Assembly: GCA_963718895.1 (NCBI GenBank)
Contig: CAVRAG010000008.1
Coordinates: forward strand, 1,088,001-1,152,000
Source of the DNA: an uncultured Nitrososphaerota archaeon
GTDB taxonomy: Archaea > Thermoproteota > Nitrososphaeria > Nitrososphaerales > Gagatemarchaeaceae
Length of the DNA: 64,000 nucleotides
Reading direction: 5' to 3'
Shown: one piece after another, positions 10,099 to 19,999 of the stretch
Position numbering within the stretch: the stretch's first letter is position 1
How the letters are laid out: each line of letters opens with the position of its first letter
Program-made: the position numbers and the translations under genes
Notes under the pieces: generated by a model
The model's database searches: none
The model's input: the letters and a program-made list of their open reading frames with translations, nothing else
What the model was told of the DNA's origin: nothing

Positions 10099-10814
10099 AT
10101 GGAACTTTGGGCTGCCATCGACCTCATGGAGGGCTCCGTGGTGACGCTGGTCCAGGGGAGGGCGAAGGAGAGGACGATCTGGGATGACAGTCCGCTCCAG
10201 CTCGCGGATAGATGGCAGGGGGAAGGAGCGGACGGGTTGCACGTCGATCGACCTCGACGCAGCGCTCGGCACTGGCTCGAACGCAGAGACGGTTCGCAGG
10301 ATCATCGGGGAATCGAGGACGCCGGTGCAGGTGGGAGGGGGGATCCGGAGCACAAAGATGGCCGGAGGATGGCTGGAGGATGGCGCGGCCAGGGTCGTCC
10401 TGGGGACGCTCGCGTTCAGCGATCCGGCCGCGGCTCGATCCCTCGTCGAGAGCTACGGACCTGACCGAGTGGTGGTCGCAGCGGACTACAGGGAGGGGAT
10501 GATCGTGACCAAGGGGTGGAAGGAGAGCCAGGGGATTCCCATCGTCGTTGGCGCGAAGAGGCTGGAGGCTCAGGGGTTCCAGAACCTGCTCACGACCGCT
10601 GTGGGAAGGGACGGCATGAGGTCAGGGCCTGACGTCGCGACCGTCAGGGAGCTCTCGCTGGCGAACCCGGATGAGGATAATCGCCTCTGGAGGGATTCGC
10701 GATCTCCGGGACCTTCTGGAACTGGAGCAGGCAGGCGCCCAGGCAGCGATAATCGGGAGGGCGCTCTACGAGGAGACGGTCAGGCTGGCCGAGGCGAAGG
10801 GGAGGACTGTCTGA
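10099..10814 (+). CDS. hisA: ProFAR isomerase (two +1 frameshifts near 10247 and 10664)
   Basis: AIDLMEG, HV-IDLDAA, QVGGGIRS, then IIASGGIR...IIGRALY* across three frames. Confidence 0.9.
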
Positions 10815-11572
10815 TGCCCCTGGCCAAGAGGATCGTCCCGTGCCTGGACGTCAAGGACGGGAGGGTCGTCAAGGGGGTGAAGTTCGAGGGGCTCAGGGAC
10901 GCCGGAGACCCCGTGGAGCTCGCAGAGAGATACAGGGATGAGGGCGCCGACGAGATCGTCTTCCTCGACATCACGGCGAGCCTCGAGAAGAGGGCTACCC
11001 TCAGGTCCCTCGTCAGGAAGGTGGCCGCGAACCTGGACATCCCCTTCACAGTCGGTGGCGGCATCCGGACGATGAGCGACGCGAGGCTCGCGCTCTGCAG
11101 CGGCGCCGACAAGGTCGCGGTGAACACCGCCGCGATACAGAGGCCATCGCTCATCGGGAGGCTCGCCGGGGTCTTCGGGTCCCAGTGCGTCGTCCTGGCC
11201 ATAGACGTGAAGAGTACCGATAGGGGTTATGAGGTGTTCAGCCACTCAGCCACCAGGCCCACCGGTCTCAGCGCTGGAGAGTGGGCGAAGAGGGCTGAGG
11301 GGCTGGGGGCGGGAGAGCTGCTCGTCACGTCCATAGACCGGGACGGGACCAAGAAGGGCTACGACGTACGGCTCCTCAGGGAGATCACGGCGAGCGTCAA
11401 CATCCCCGTCGTCGCGAGCGGTGGGGCCGGGAAGCTCGAGCACTTCCTTGAGGCGTTCCGTGACGCCGGATGCGACGCGGCTCTCGCGGCCTCGCTCTTC
11501 CACTACAGGGAGCTGACCGTCGGTCAGGTGAAAGATTATCTCAGGGGGAAGAACGTCGTGGTGAGACCTTGA
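10814..11572 (+). CDS. hisF: Imidazole glycerol phosphate synthase, cyclase subunit
   Basis: MPLAKRIVPCLDVKDGRVVKG, FLDITAS, SIDRDGT, ALAASLFH. Confidence 0.97.
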   Translation: MPLAKRIVPCLDVKDGRVVKGVKFEGLRDAGDPVELAERYRDEGADEIVFLDITASLEKRATLRSLVRKVAANLDIPFTVGGGIRTMSDARLALCSGADKVAVNTAAIQRPSLIGRLAGVFGSQCVVLAIDVKSTDRGYEVFSHSATRPTGLSAGEWAKRAEGLGAGELLVTSIDRDGTKKGYDVRLLREITASVNIPVVASGGAGKLEHFLEAFRDAGCDAALAASLFHYRELTVGQVKDYLRGKNVVVRP

Positions 11573-11584
11573 ACCAGGCCGACG

Positions 11585-11896
11585 ATGAAGGAGATAGACT
11601 TCGCCAAGGGGGACGGGCTGGTCCCCGTGGTGACCCAGGAAGCCACCTCGGGAAAGGTCCTGATGGTGGCCTACGCCAACGAGCAGGCGGTGAGGCTCAC
11701 CCTCGAGACGCACATGGCGCACTACTGGAGCAGGAGCAGGAACAAGCTCTGGAAGAAGGGCGAGGAGTCGGGGAACGTCCAGAGGGTCCACGACGTGCTG
11801 ATAGACTGCGACGGCGATACCCTGCTCTATGTGGTGGACCAGTCTGGACCGGCCTGTCATACCGGGAACGAGACCTGCTTCTTCAGGAAGCTCTAG
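11585..11896 (+). CDS. hisI: Phosphoribosyl-AMP cyclohydrolase
   Basis: [24 protein letters not shown]...CF. Confidence 0.95.
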   Translation: MKEIDFAKGDGLVPVVTQEATSGKVLMVAYANEQAVRLTLETHMAHYWSRSRNKLWKKGEESGNVQRVHDVLIDCDGDTLLYVVDQSGPACHTGNETCFFRKL

Positions 11897-11959
11897 AATA
11901 GCCGCTGCCTATCGCGCCGATTCCACGTCGGCGGTTAAGTACGGCAGGAAGCTAGTCGT

Positions 11960-12651
11960 TCGTGGAAACGAGGTCCGGTCTTCCGGAAAGTACTGAAGAC
12001 GAGTCTGAGGCCCCGCGATCTGGCGCAAGAAAGTTCCAGCCTCTTGACGTTCGAATCTATCTTCGTAAGGAGGCGCTCGCGCTGCGGCGATGGGTTCCTG
12101 AACGTCAATGCGCGGACCTACCAGTACAGAATCAGGCTGAGGGCGGTGGACCGCGAGTTCGTGGAGGCGTTCAACCAGGCGGTCTCGAAGGTTCTCGGGT
12201 GTCCGCCGCACTGGTTGTGGAAGGGAGGAAGGCGAAGGAGACCGAGGTCGAGTTCGGGAGCCACTTGCTGCACAAGTTCTTGTCGCAGTAACTGGATGAC
12301 TTGAAGCCCTTCATTGAGCATGACAAGACCTGCGCCGCTTCGTTAATCAGGGGGTTCTTCGACTCTGAAGGATGCGTCAACACTCGACGAGAGCTCACGG
12401 CGAGCAATACTGACTTGGGTCTCCTTCACTAGGTCCAAGAACTGCTGGAAGGAAGATTCGGCATCGAGACCACCGGACCTCACCTGGCTTCCAAAAAGAG
12501 CTCAACCCTAACAAATCGCGGGAAATCGCACTTCCGAAAGTCGGATTGCTTTCAGATCTACGTCCGAAAGTCTGGAATACAGGCGTTCCTTCGAGAAATC
12601 GGACTTACCATCAGGAGAAAATCTAATCGTATCCTCAAGCTTATAGAATGA
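11960..12651 (+). pseudogene. Decayed free-standing double-motif LAGLIDADG homing endonuclease
   Basis: CGDGF...YRIRLRAVDREFVEAF in one frame; LIRGFFDSEGCV...ASNTDLGLL...FLREIGLTIRRK in another; in-frame TAA and TAG stops plus frameshifts. Left boundary approximate. Confidence 0.8.
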
Positions 12652-12689
12652 ATAATTCTATAATCTAGTTATATTTCTTGAGAGAAATG

Positions 12690-12826
12690 CGCAGGGGGTG
12701 GGACATCCGTCGACGCTCGAGGAAGCCCTTTCAGGCCCTCTGTTTCGGGCATCGAATTCGAACCCACGAGTCCTTGCGAACAAAGGATTAGCAATCCTTC
12801 GCCATACCAGGCTTGGCTACCCCTGC
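12690..12826 (-). tRNA. tRNA-Ser(GCU) with a 53-nt intron in the T-loop (59/60; 12704-12756)
   Basis: GCAGGGG...AAGGA-TTGCTAA-TCCTT, long variable arm GTTC-GCAA-GGAC, GTGGG-TTCGAA[intron]T-CCCAC-CCCCTGC-G. Clean BHB with helix UUCG/CGGA and bulges AAU and UGU. Confidence 0.92.
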
Positions 12827-12995
12827 CCGCCGCGAATTCCGCGAGCCTCCTTATTGTGTGTTAGGGATTCTCTCGCTTGTGCTGTGTGACCACAGCCGAG
12901 CGAACGATGGTCCATAGTCCGAAGCCGACTAGGCGCAGCCCGACGAAGACGAGCGCGTGGTCGAAGACTCACCGAGTTTCCGACCCCGTGCCGCT

Positions 12996-14216
12996 CTAGG
13001 CAGCCTTGATTGTCGGCGCGCTCGGGACTTCGCCCAGGAGGCTCGCGGCGTCAGGCCTCACGCCCTTCTCCATGAGGATGTACTCGGCGTGGGCCCATCC
13101 CAGAGGGCACGCCCAGCAGACGTAGTCGGGAGATCTTATCGAGTGCACACCTCGCTCTATCTTTCGCACGCCGTTGAGGACGCGATCGCCGAACTCGAGC
13201 TCGTTCTCCTTCCAAAGGTTGTAGCCTTTCAGGGGCGCGACCTTCTCAGGGATGAAGAGGTCCGAGGTCACGACGGAATCGAGAAAATCGTAGCACGCCT
13301 CCTCGTCCTCGCTGCTGCCAATCTGATTGTAGAATCTGGCCGCCCAGATGGTGAAGAAGGGCCAGGAGGCTCCGGTCCCACCGGTGTACCAGTGCCAGTC
13401 ATGAACGACCTCGAAGTCCTGAAACCTGTTGAAGCCGCCGATTTCTTTGTTCCAGAGCGAGCTCCTGAGGCGCCCGAGAGTGCTCTCCAGAATCTTGTTG
13501 TCGTCGGACAATCCGAAGTAGAAGGGGGCAAGCACGCTCATGTCTGCAGCCTTGACTAACTCGCCAGACCTGCGCATGACCTTGACGAACGCGCCCGCCT
13601 CGGCGTCGTAGAGCTTCTCCGCGATCCTTGCGAATAGCGCCCGAGCGCGGCCAAGCCACTCCTCCTGCAGGTTGGGCAGCCCCACGGCCTCAGCCATGCG
13701 GGAGGCGTCGAGGAGCCCCCTGGCGGCCGCGCAGTTCGTCCAGATCTCGAACCCCTCCTCGAGCTCCCGGTTCTCGTGGATAGCGTTGGTGGTGTACACC
13801 AGCCCGGCCTGTCCGTCGATTGACCTGAGGGTGAAGGCGGAGCACTCCTCGACAAGACTCCACATCTCGCGCAGGAAGGCCACGTCGCCCGATTTCGAGT
13901 AGGTGTCGTGGATTCCCTGAAGAACTATCGGCGTGGTGTCGAGCTCGTGCTCGTTGGTGACGTATGGCAAACCGGCGTTGTAGCGCTGGTAGAACTCTCC
14001 TGCCGGTCTGCGCAGATCAGTCAGAAACCTGTAGAATCTCTTTGAACGCTCGAATTCGGCGCAGGCATTGAGCGCCATCGTCATGAAGACCGCGTCGCGA
14101 GGGTAGACGTAGGGGTACGCGTCGTCCGCCATGGTGGCCGTAAACCCTCCGCTCTTCTCCTGAAGACTCATGATGACCGCAAGGCTGCTGTCCACGAGTC
14201 TGGAGTTGCGCATCAA
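12996..14216 (-). CDS. GH15-like (alpha/alpha)6 glycoside hydrolase (glucoamylase family)
   Basis: YPYVYPRDA, AIHEN, IPEKV, PLGWAHAEY motifs. Confidence 0.8.
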   Translation of the reverse strand: MMRNSRLVDSSLAVIMSLQEKSGGFTATMADDAYPYVYPRDAVFMTMALNACAEFERSKRFYRFLTDLRRPAGEFYQRYNAGLPYVTNEHELDTTPIVLQGIHDTYSKSGDVAFLREMWSLVEECSAFTLRSIDGQAGLVYTTNAIHENRELEEGFEIWTNCAAARGLLDASRMAEAVGLPNLQEEWLGRARALFARIAEKLYDAEAGAFVKVMRRSGELVKAADMSVLAPFYFGLSDDNKILESTLGRLRSSLWNKEIGGFNRFQDFEVVHDWHWYTGGTGASWPFFTIWAARFYNQIGSSEDEEACYDFLDSVVTSDLFIPEKVAPLKGYNLWKENELEFGDRVLNGVRKIERGVHSIRSPDYVCWACPLGWAHAEYILMEKGVRPDAASLLGEVPSAPTIKAA

Positions 14217-14576
14217 ATTCGACAGGTTGAATCATAGATATAATTCGTATGGAGGCAAGTTACACCTTGGCGGGCTCACGGCCTTGGGTGCAGCACAGCC
14301 AAGAGGGCCGGATCGGTTTGTGGGATAGGCGGTTCTGAGAGCGGCTCTGCAATTCTTACAGCATTCTCATTCCGAACGTGGCGTCGAACGTGACCCATGC
14401 CTTTCTCGAGCGTCCTGAGGGATGGAAAAGACAGCGACGGTCGGCGTTAGGATTCGACTGTACATGGGGCCGAGCGACGGAAGTCACGAAGGTCTGATCT
14501 TTGGAGGGGTTTCAGGCGAGCTTGCGGGGGGCTGAATCGCGCTTGAAGAATGGCAATTCGGCAGGAAGACGAGGTG

Positions 14577-14915
14577 TCAAGAAGCAGTCTGTTGCGGCTC
14601 CTGAACTTCAACATCGAGGGTCGATTCTTTCATGGCGAGACCTCCTGACGACTTCATCCACGGCCTCCGCATGACGAACCGGACCCTTGCGCGTCCAGGG
14701 CGGATCGCTCTTATCGCGAACTGCATCTCCGCTTCTGCGGTCCCTCGAACGCCACCCGGGGCGGCGGAGGGTTCTTCCACGTCCCTCTTGACCACCTCCA
14801 CGACGCCGGCGCCCTCCTCGACCGTCGCTTCCCAAGCATATCCGACACTTCCCAGGCCCCTCAAAGCAACTATGTGCTCTTGGCCAATCCGGAGGCGCAG
14901 GGGTTGGGCAATCAA
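14577..14915 (-). CDS. Chagasin-family (MEROPS I42) cysteine peptidase inhibitor
   Basis: Three chagasin loops: GSVGYAW (NPTTGY.W-like), GGVRG, and RRPW; lies directly after a papain-family gene. Confidence 0.75.
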   Translation of the reverse strand: MIAQPLRLRIGQEHIVALRGLGSVGYAWEATVEEGAGVVEVVKRDVEEPSAAPGGVRGTAEAEMQFAIRAIRPGRARVRFVMRRPWMKSSGGLAMKESTLDVEVQEPQQTAS

Positions 14916-16613
14916 CTAGAGGATGATTTCGGCAGCGTTCCAGTTGAGGTTACCATCGCGCCAATAGTGCTGTATGTGACCATCGTCGCGCTCCACGATT
15001 AGCTCGAGGTTGAAGCCGAAGCTGCCTTCGACGAGTCCACCGACAGCGGTTATGTGGCCATCTCCGAACGTGGCACTGTGGTTCCACGACTGATTCCCAC
15101 CATTGTCCCTCCACCAGTGCTGTACCATCCCTCCCGAGGCCACGCAAAGCTCGAAGTTGCTCGCGGAGTACTCATTCGTGCCCCCGTACATGCCCTCTAT
15201 CATGCATGGGTGGCTCGAGATGCCGGAGCCGAAGGTTGTAGACGCTGCCCACGGCAGGTTCGGGTCGTCGTTGTTGCGCCACCAGTGCTGCATTTGTCCA
15301 CTCTGGAGTACGCACACTAGCTCAAAGTTGCCCTTGGTCCCAAACTGGCTCTGAATAAGGGTGGGTCCGCTGAAGGCGACGTTGCTCGCGAAACGGCCCC
15401 CGTCGTGCCATGGGTACCCGGCCGTGCTGTTGTCCCTCCACCAGTGGTTCAGCCTGCCGTCCGCCGTTCCCACCACGACCTCAAAGTTGCCGGGAGCGCC
15501 GTAGTTGCCCTGGATGAACCCCGGGAGTCCGGCCGCGTCGGAAGGGCCGAAGACACCACCGTCGTTCCACGTCTTCGAGCTCTGGTCGAAGTACCAGTGA
15601 TGCAGCCTGCTGCCCGTCGTCAAGAAGACCGTCTCGAAGTTCCGGTTGAAGGTCGTCGCGGTTAGGGTGGGCCAGGTTGCCGGGGAATCGTTGCCGAAAG
15701 GCGCGTATGCCTTCGACCATGGATACCCGCCGGCGTCGTTGTTTCTCCACCAATGCTGCAGCGCGGCCCCCGGCGCCCAGAGCAGCATCTCGAAGTTCCT
15801 GTGGTTCGTGCCGTTCCCGCTCTCGATGATGTTTCCACTGTGCAGCCTTCGCTTCGTCCAGGGATCTGGATTTGTGAGCGAGAGTCCTGTCTTCGCGTAG
15901 TAGTCGATGTTGCACTGTCCGTAGCCGACGAGAACGTAGCCGCCGTCCCCCCACCCCGTCCCCCAGGAGTTCTTCACTATCCAGGAATTCTGCGTGTCGT
16001 CGTAGCCGACGACCAGCATAACGTGGCCGCCCGCGTACTTCGCGGTCGCAGACTTCTTGTAGACGCCGTTACCGTAGCCGAAGAAATCGTCATACACATC
16101 GAACCCGCAAACCAGTGGGCCCACGGTGTCAAGCCAGGTCTTCTGGTCGTCGACGCTGCCCACGTCTGTGTATCCGTCCAGCCTCACCGAACGCCCCGAC
16201 CTGTCGCTCGTGGGATTGTAGTTCGCAGCTTGGGTGGTACCGGTGTAGTCCTTTGCGCCGAGACAGTCGTTGGGCGCGGGACTGAAGTACGAGCTCGTCC
16301 TCATCGTTGCGATCTGGCTATCATTGGTCACGTTCGGCCATCCATAGCAACCAGGGTCCGCTATCCCGTTCGATTTCACCCAATCGAGGGCCTGGTGTGC
16401 GTTCCCGCACGACCCGCATTTTGCACCGAGCCCGTCGTGGACGTCCCCTTCGGAGAGAACCGCCCAGACGCCCTGGTTGATACGCACCATGCTCTCCATC
16501 AACCCGGTGGAGGCGAACGCCCAGCATGCCTCGCACGGATCCTGGTCCCTTATCTCGGTCACCCAGGATTGGCCCCATCTGTTCCTCCAGTCGACGGAGA
16601 CAGGGTTGGTCAT
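14916..16613 (-). CDS. C1A papain-like cysteine peptidase fused to a Trp-rich beta-propeller (fucose-lectin/PLL-like repeats)
   Basis: SVDWR, QDPCEACWAF, GGHVMLVVGY, IVKNSWGTGWG; six NFE(L/V)...HW(W/Y)R/F repeats in the C-terminal half. Confidence 0.88.
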   Translation of the reverse strand: MTNPVSVDWRNRWGQSWVTEIRDQDPCEACWAFASTGLMESMVRINQGVWAVLSEGDVHDGLGAKCGSCGNAHQALDWVKSNGIADPGCYGWPNVTNDSQIATMRTSSYFSPAPNDCLGAKDYTGTTQAANYNPTSDRSGRSVRLDGYTDVGSVDDQKTWLDTVGPLVCGFDVYDDFFGYGNGVYKKSATAKYAGGHVMLVVGYDDTQNSWIVKNSWGTGWGDGGYVLVGYGQCNIDYYAKTGLSLTNPDPWTKRRLHSGNIIESGNGTNHRNFEMLLWAPGAALQHWWRNNDAGGYPWSKAYAPFGNDSPATWPTLTATTFNRNFETVFLTTGSRLHHWYFDQSSKTWNDGGVFGPSDAAGLPGFIQGNYGAPGNFEVVVGTADGRLNHWWRDNSTAGYPWHDGGRFASNVAFSGPTLIQSQFGTKGNFELVCVLQSGQMQHWWRNNDDPNLPWAASTTFGSGISSHPCMIEGMYGGTNEYSASNFELCVASGGMVQHWWRDNGGNQSWNHSATFGDGHITAVGGLVEGSFGFNLELIVERDDGHIQHYWRDGNLNWNAAEIIL

Positions 16614-16618
16614 GCGTC

Positions 16619-16963
16619 TCAGCTCGTCCCAGCGACATCCTTGAGCTCACTCGTTAGTGCGGCGGTGGCGGGCCGCCTCGTGAGCTGACTGACGAACGCA
16701 GGGCCGACCGTCATCCTGGGGTTCGCAGAGAGCAAGCTCTGGGCCACTCTGCGTTGATACACGAAAGGGTTTCCGGGCTGGTCCGTCAGGACCTGCTTGA
16801 AGTCAATCGGAGGGGTCGCCGACGCAACGGTCATCTGCTCGGTGATGCCTCCGAGCGGGTGCCGGGGGATCGGATTGGAACCTGCGAACTTCGGGTGAAC
16901 TGTCCAAGAAGCGTTCTCAGTCGTGAGAGCTTTCTTCAGGTCTCCGGCCGCGGAATAAGCCAT
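16619..16963 (-). CDS. Probable pro-region of the C1A peptidase (separate ORF or frameshifted N-terminus)
   Basis: ASWTV...PLGG resembles prokaryotic C1A prodomains; the stop lies 5 nt before the ATG of the catalytic ORF, in a different frame. Confidence 0.55.
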   Translation of the reverse strand: MAYSAAGDLKKALTTENASWTVHPKFAGSNPIPRHPLGGITEQMTVASATPPIDFKQVLTDQPGNPFVYQRRVAQSLLSANPRMTVGPAFVSQLTRRPATAALTSELKDVAGTS

Positions 16964-17059
16964 GGTTAGAATGTGCCTGAAGAATTATTTAAGGTAATCC
17001 ATACTTCCACCAGTGGTGAGCACTGTAGTGCTCTCGGCGTTCGGGGTTCGTCACTAAGT

Positions 17060-17377
17060 GGTGGCAGTCCCGCCGGAGTTCGTCACCTCGGCCTCCCCCA
17101 GTCCCGCACATCCGGCGGTCCCCCACGTAGACGGAGCAGCGTAACCGCGTCACCTTAGGGCTGCTCCCTCCCGGACCTCGCCCGGTTCGGCGATCCAGAG
17201 TCAGAGCCCCTCCTTCGAGGGACCTGCTCCTCACGACCACCCGCTCCGGCGTGAGATCAGCCCGCCCGAGTGCGTAGGTAGAAGGAGAGATGGCTTTACC
17301 CGACGGTTGCTGGCCACTGCGTAAAGCCGGTTTCAGCCTATCGGGAGACGGCTAGCCTCCCTGCCCTACCCGCCACC
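17060..17377 (-). ncRNA. ffs: Archaeal SRP (7S) RNA
   Basis: Helix 8 motif GAACCGGGCGAGGTCC-GGGA-GGGAGCAGCCCTAA; ends GGTGGCGG / CTGCCACC pair; length about 318 nt; TAAATATA about 25 nt upstream. Confidence 0.93.
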
Positions 17378-17388
17378 GAGACCGCGGA

Positions 17389-18330
17389 CTATTCTGGAGT
17401 ATATTTACTGTGCTGTTCGACCAGCTGCTTCATCCTGCAGACGCTGCAGATTCCCCCTGAGGAGGGGTGGCCGCAGATTGCACAGGGGACGGGGCTGGGA
17501 CCCTTGGAGACGGAGAGCTTGGAAGCGACCGACAGCGCCGAGTTCAGGAGCACATTTTTCATTCCGGGGTGTTTGGCCTCCAGCTCGTTGAGGTAATCCC
17601 TGACCTCGCTCCGGAGCCCTTCGTGCATGTACGGGCAGCTCGCGCTCTGGAAGGGCAGCCCGGAGAGGTGGGCGTACAGCGCCACCTCCTCCTCGTAGAT
17701 TTCCATGAAAGGCTTGACCCGACGGAGGGGGAAGTCTCCGGGGACCACCTGTGGGTCAATCCAGCCCAGCCTCTCGACATCTCCGTGCATCAGGTTCATC
17801 ATGAACGTCTGCACATAGTCGTCGAGGTTGTGCGCCGTCGCGATTACCTTCACTCCCGCCCGGACAGCCGCCTCGTCGATGGCGCGCCTCCTGAATACCC
17901 CGCACACGCTGCACGACGAAATCTCGCGCTCGTCTTTCCACGCGAGCGCATGGTCGAGGTCGAAGCCATAGAGCTCCTTGTATGAGACCACCACGTGCTC
18001 CAGACCGAGCTCCTTCGTGAGGGCCGCAGAGTGCCCGATCGACTCCTCCCTGTATCCCTCAACCCCCTCGTCCACCGTCAGGACGACCAGCTCGTAGCGC
18101 CTGGTATCGCTGAGGGCGTGAAGCACGCGCAGCAGCGAGAGGCTGTCTTTTCCCCCGGAGACTGCAACGCCGACCTTCTCGCCGTGGCCGAGCATGCTGA
18201 AGCGCGAGATCGTCTTCCTCGTCTTCTCGACTACGGAGGCTTGAAAGCACACCCCGCAGAGCACCTCACCCGAGTACCTGCGCGTGTAGAACGCAGGCCC
18301 CCCGCACCTTGCACACTCCGATCCGGACAT
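17389..18330 (-). CDS. ttuA: tRNA 2-thiolation protein TtuA/NcsA (TIGR00269-like)
   Basis: N- and C-terminal CxxC zinc fingers, SGGKDS PP-loop, CSVCGVFRR, TAHNLDD, CPY. Confidence 0.88.
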   Translation of the reverse strand: MSGSECARCGGPAFYTRRYSGEVLCGVCFQASVVEKTRKTISRFSMLGHGEKVGVAVSGGKDSLSLLRVLHALSDTRRYELVVLTVDEGVEGYREESIGHSAALTKELGLEHVVVSYKELYGFDLDHALAWKDEREISSCSVCGVFRRRAIDEAAVRAGVKVIATAHNLDDYVQTFMMNLMHGDVERLGWIDPQVVPGDFPLRRVKPFMEIYEEEVALYAHLSGLPFQSASCPYMHEGLRSEVRDYLNELEAKHPGMKNVLLNSALSVASKLSVSKGPSPVPCAICGHPSSGGICSVCRMKQLVEQHSKYTPE

Positions 18331-18374
18331 AGGCTGGCCTCTCGAGATGGATGAACGCTTAAAGAGTTCCGTCT

Positions 18375-19643
18375 TTGGTCGAAGTTCGGCACTTGGAGCA
18401 GGAATACAAGCGGTTTACGTTCACATACGGCATCATAATGCTGCGCACCAAGAGCGGCCTGTCTATCATGGACAGGCTGGGCAAGCGCAGGATTACCAAG
18501 CCGTTGGCCTGGTTCATGCTCTACCTGATGCCGATATCCGGGGGGCTGGCTCTCTTCCTGATACTCTCGGAGGTCTTCATCTTCCTTGGGCCCAAGGGCC
18601 AGCAGACCGTCGACTACGTGCGCACCATCACGCCGCTCGCGAACCTGCTGCTTCCCGGGCTCAACCCTTACGTGCCCATAGTCTACGGATGGCTGGCGAT
18701 AGTCGTCGCCATCGTGATTCACGAGTCGGCGCACGGAATAGTCGCGAGGAGCCTGGGGCTCCCCGTCAAGACTGCGGGGCTGATCTTCTTCTTCATCATC
18801 CCTCTGGGCGCCTTCGTCGAGCTCGACGAGACGCAGCTAAGAGAGACGAAGGTCCGGAACTCGCTGAGGGTCCTCGCCGCAGGATCTGGAATAAACTTCA
18901 TTGTCGGGTTGGTCTGCCTGGGCCTCCTCCTGCTCTCTGTCTCGGCCATGGTGCCCGCCGCGAACGGCTCAGCCATCGCCGGAGTCGAACAGGACACGTC
19001 CGGGCTTCCTTCGCCGGCTCTGCACGCGGGAATCATGCCAGGCGACTTCATAGTTCGGATAAACGGGGTCCCCAACAACGACCTTGGAAGCCTCAGCCTT
19101 CAACCGGGCCAGGTCATCAACGTCACAATCTGGAGGAATGGGCACACCATGACGTTGCCGCCCATAACTCTTGGGGAAACGATAACGGAGAACACGCAGA
19201 CCCATCAGAACACGACTCACCCATACCTGGGGGTCAGCTACATTCCCTACCAGGGACTCACGGGTGTAGTGAACAGCTACCTGCACGCCTCGAGGTCGGT
19301 GGTCCTCTACGTCATCCCTCCCGCGTTCCCCGGAGTCGCAGGAGAGGTCCCGTTCTCGGCCCAGCTCAGCATCTATTACGTATCGCCGCTCGGCGCCGCC
19401 ACGCCGATAGTGCAGAACATGCTCTTCTGGCTCTTCTTCGTTAACTTCAACCTGGCAATCTTCAACAACCTCCCCATCTATCCCATGGACGGCGGCCAGG
19501 CCCTGGAGCGGTTCCTGGTGGGCATAGGCAGGGGCAAGATCAACGATGACATCGCGAACAGAATCTCAATCGCAGTCACCGTCGTGCTCGCATTCACGCT
19601 GCTCTCGGTCGTTGTGGGACCGTATCTCAGCGCCTACGTCTGA
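18375..19643 (+). CDS. Site-2 protease (M50) with PDZ domain
   Basis: HESAH, GAFVE, SPALHAGIMPGD (PDZ), NNLPIYPMDG. Confidence 0.9.
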   Translation: MVEVRHLEQEYKRFTFTYGIIMLRTKSGLSIMDRLGKRRITKPLAWFMLYLMPISGGLALFLILSEVFIFLGPKGQQTVDYVRTITPLANLLLPGLNPYVPIVYGWLAIVVAIVIHESAHGIVARSLGLPVKTAGLIFFFIIPLGAFVELDETQLRETKVRNSLRVLAAGSGINFIVGLVCLGLLLLSVSAMVPAANGSAIAGVEQDTSGLPSPALHAGIMPGDFIVRINGVPNNDLGSLSLQPGQVINVTIWRNGHTMTLPPITLGETITENTQTHQNTTHPYLGVSYIPYQGLTGVVNSYLHASRSVVLYVIPPAFPGVAGEVPFSAQLSIYYVSPLGAATPIVQNMLFWLFFVNFNLAIFNNLPIYPMDGGQALERFLVGIGRGKINDDIANRISIAVTVVLAFTLLSVVVGPYLSAYV

Positions 19644-19681
19644 GGTTTGCCGGTTAAATAGTCCGAAGAACTCATCTGTCG

Positions 19682-19999
19682 ATGATAGAGCCACTTCTTC
19701 CCCCGCTCGCGTCGTCGCTGTACGTCGCACCAGTCGTACCCATCCCCCCTCCTCCCGACTTCGGATCGATGGTGCAGCATCTCGCCAGTGAGTTCAGCTC
19801 TGGTGGCTCGCAGTTGCTGCTCGCCATAGACGGTAGCGTGACAGACGTTATCAGGGTGGCCTACATCACGGTGCTCCTGGTCGGAGTCTTCATCTACTTC
19901 ACCAAGATCAACAGGAGGTTGGGTAGGGAGCTGATTATGGGAGGGATAGCCCTGGCAATCCTCTCGGAGTTCGTCTTCCCGGCCATGGTCACTGTCTGA
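19682..19999 (+). CDS. Small hypothetical membrane protein
   Basis: Two hydrophobic helices; start uncertain. Confidence 0.5.
   Translation: MIEPLLPPLASSLYVAPVVPIPPPPDFGSMVQHLASEFSSGGSQLLLAIDGSVTDVIRVAYITVLLVGVFIYFTKINRRLGRELIMGGIALAILSEFVFPAMVTV

Noticed and set aside
10184-11572. HisA-HisF fusion suggested by the 462-aa ORF
   Set aside because: Artefact of two hisA frameshifts; hisA has its own stop overlapping the hisF ATG at 10814.
14240-14570. ncRNA or small ORF between the GH15 and chagasin genes
   Set aside because: Only short unremarkable ORFs and no convincing nested helices.
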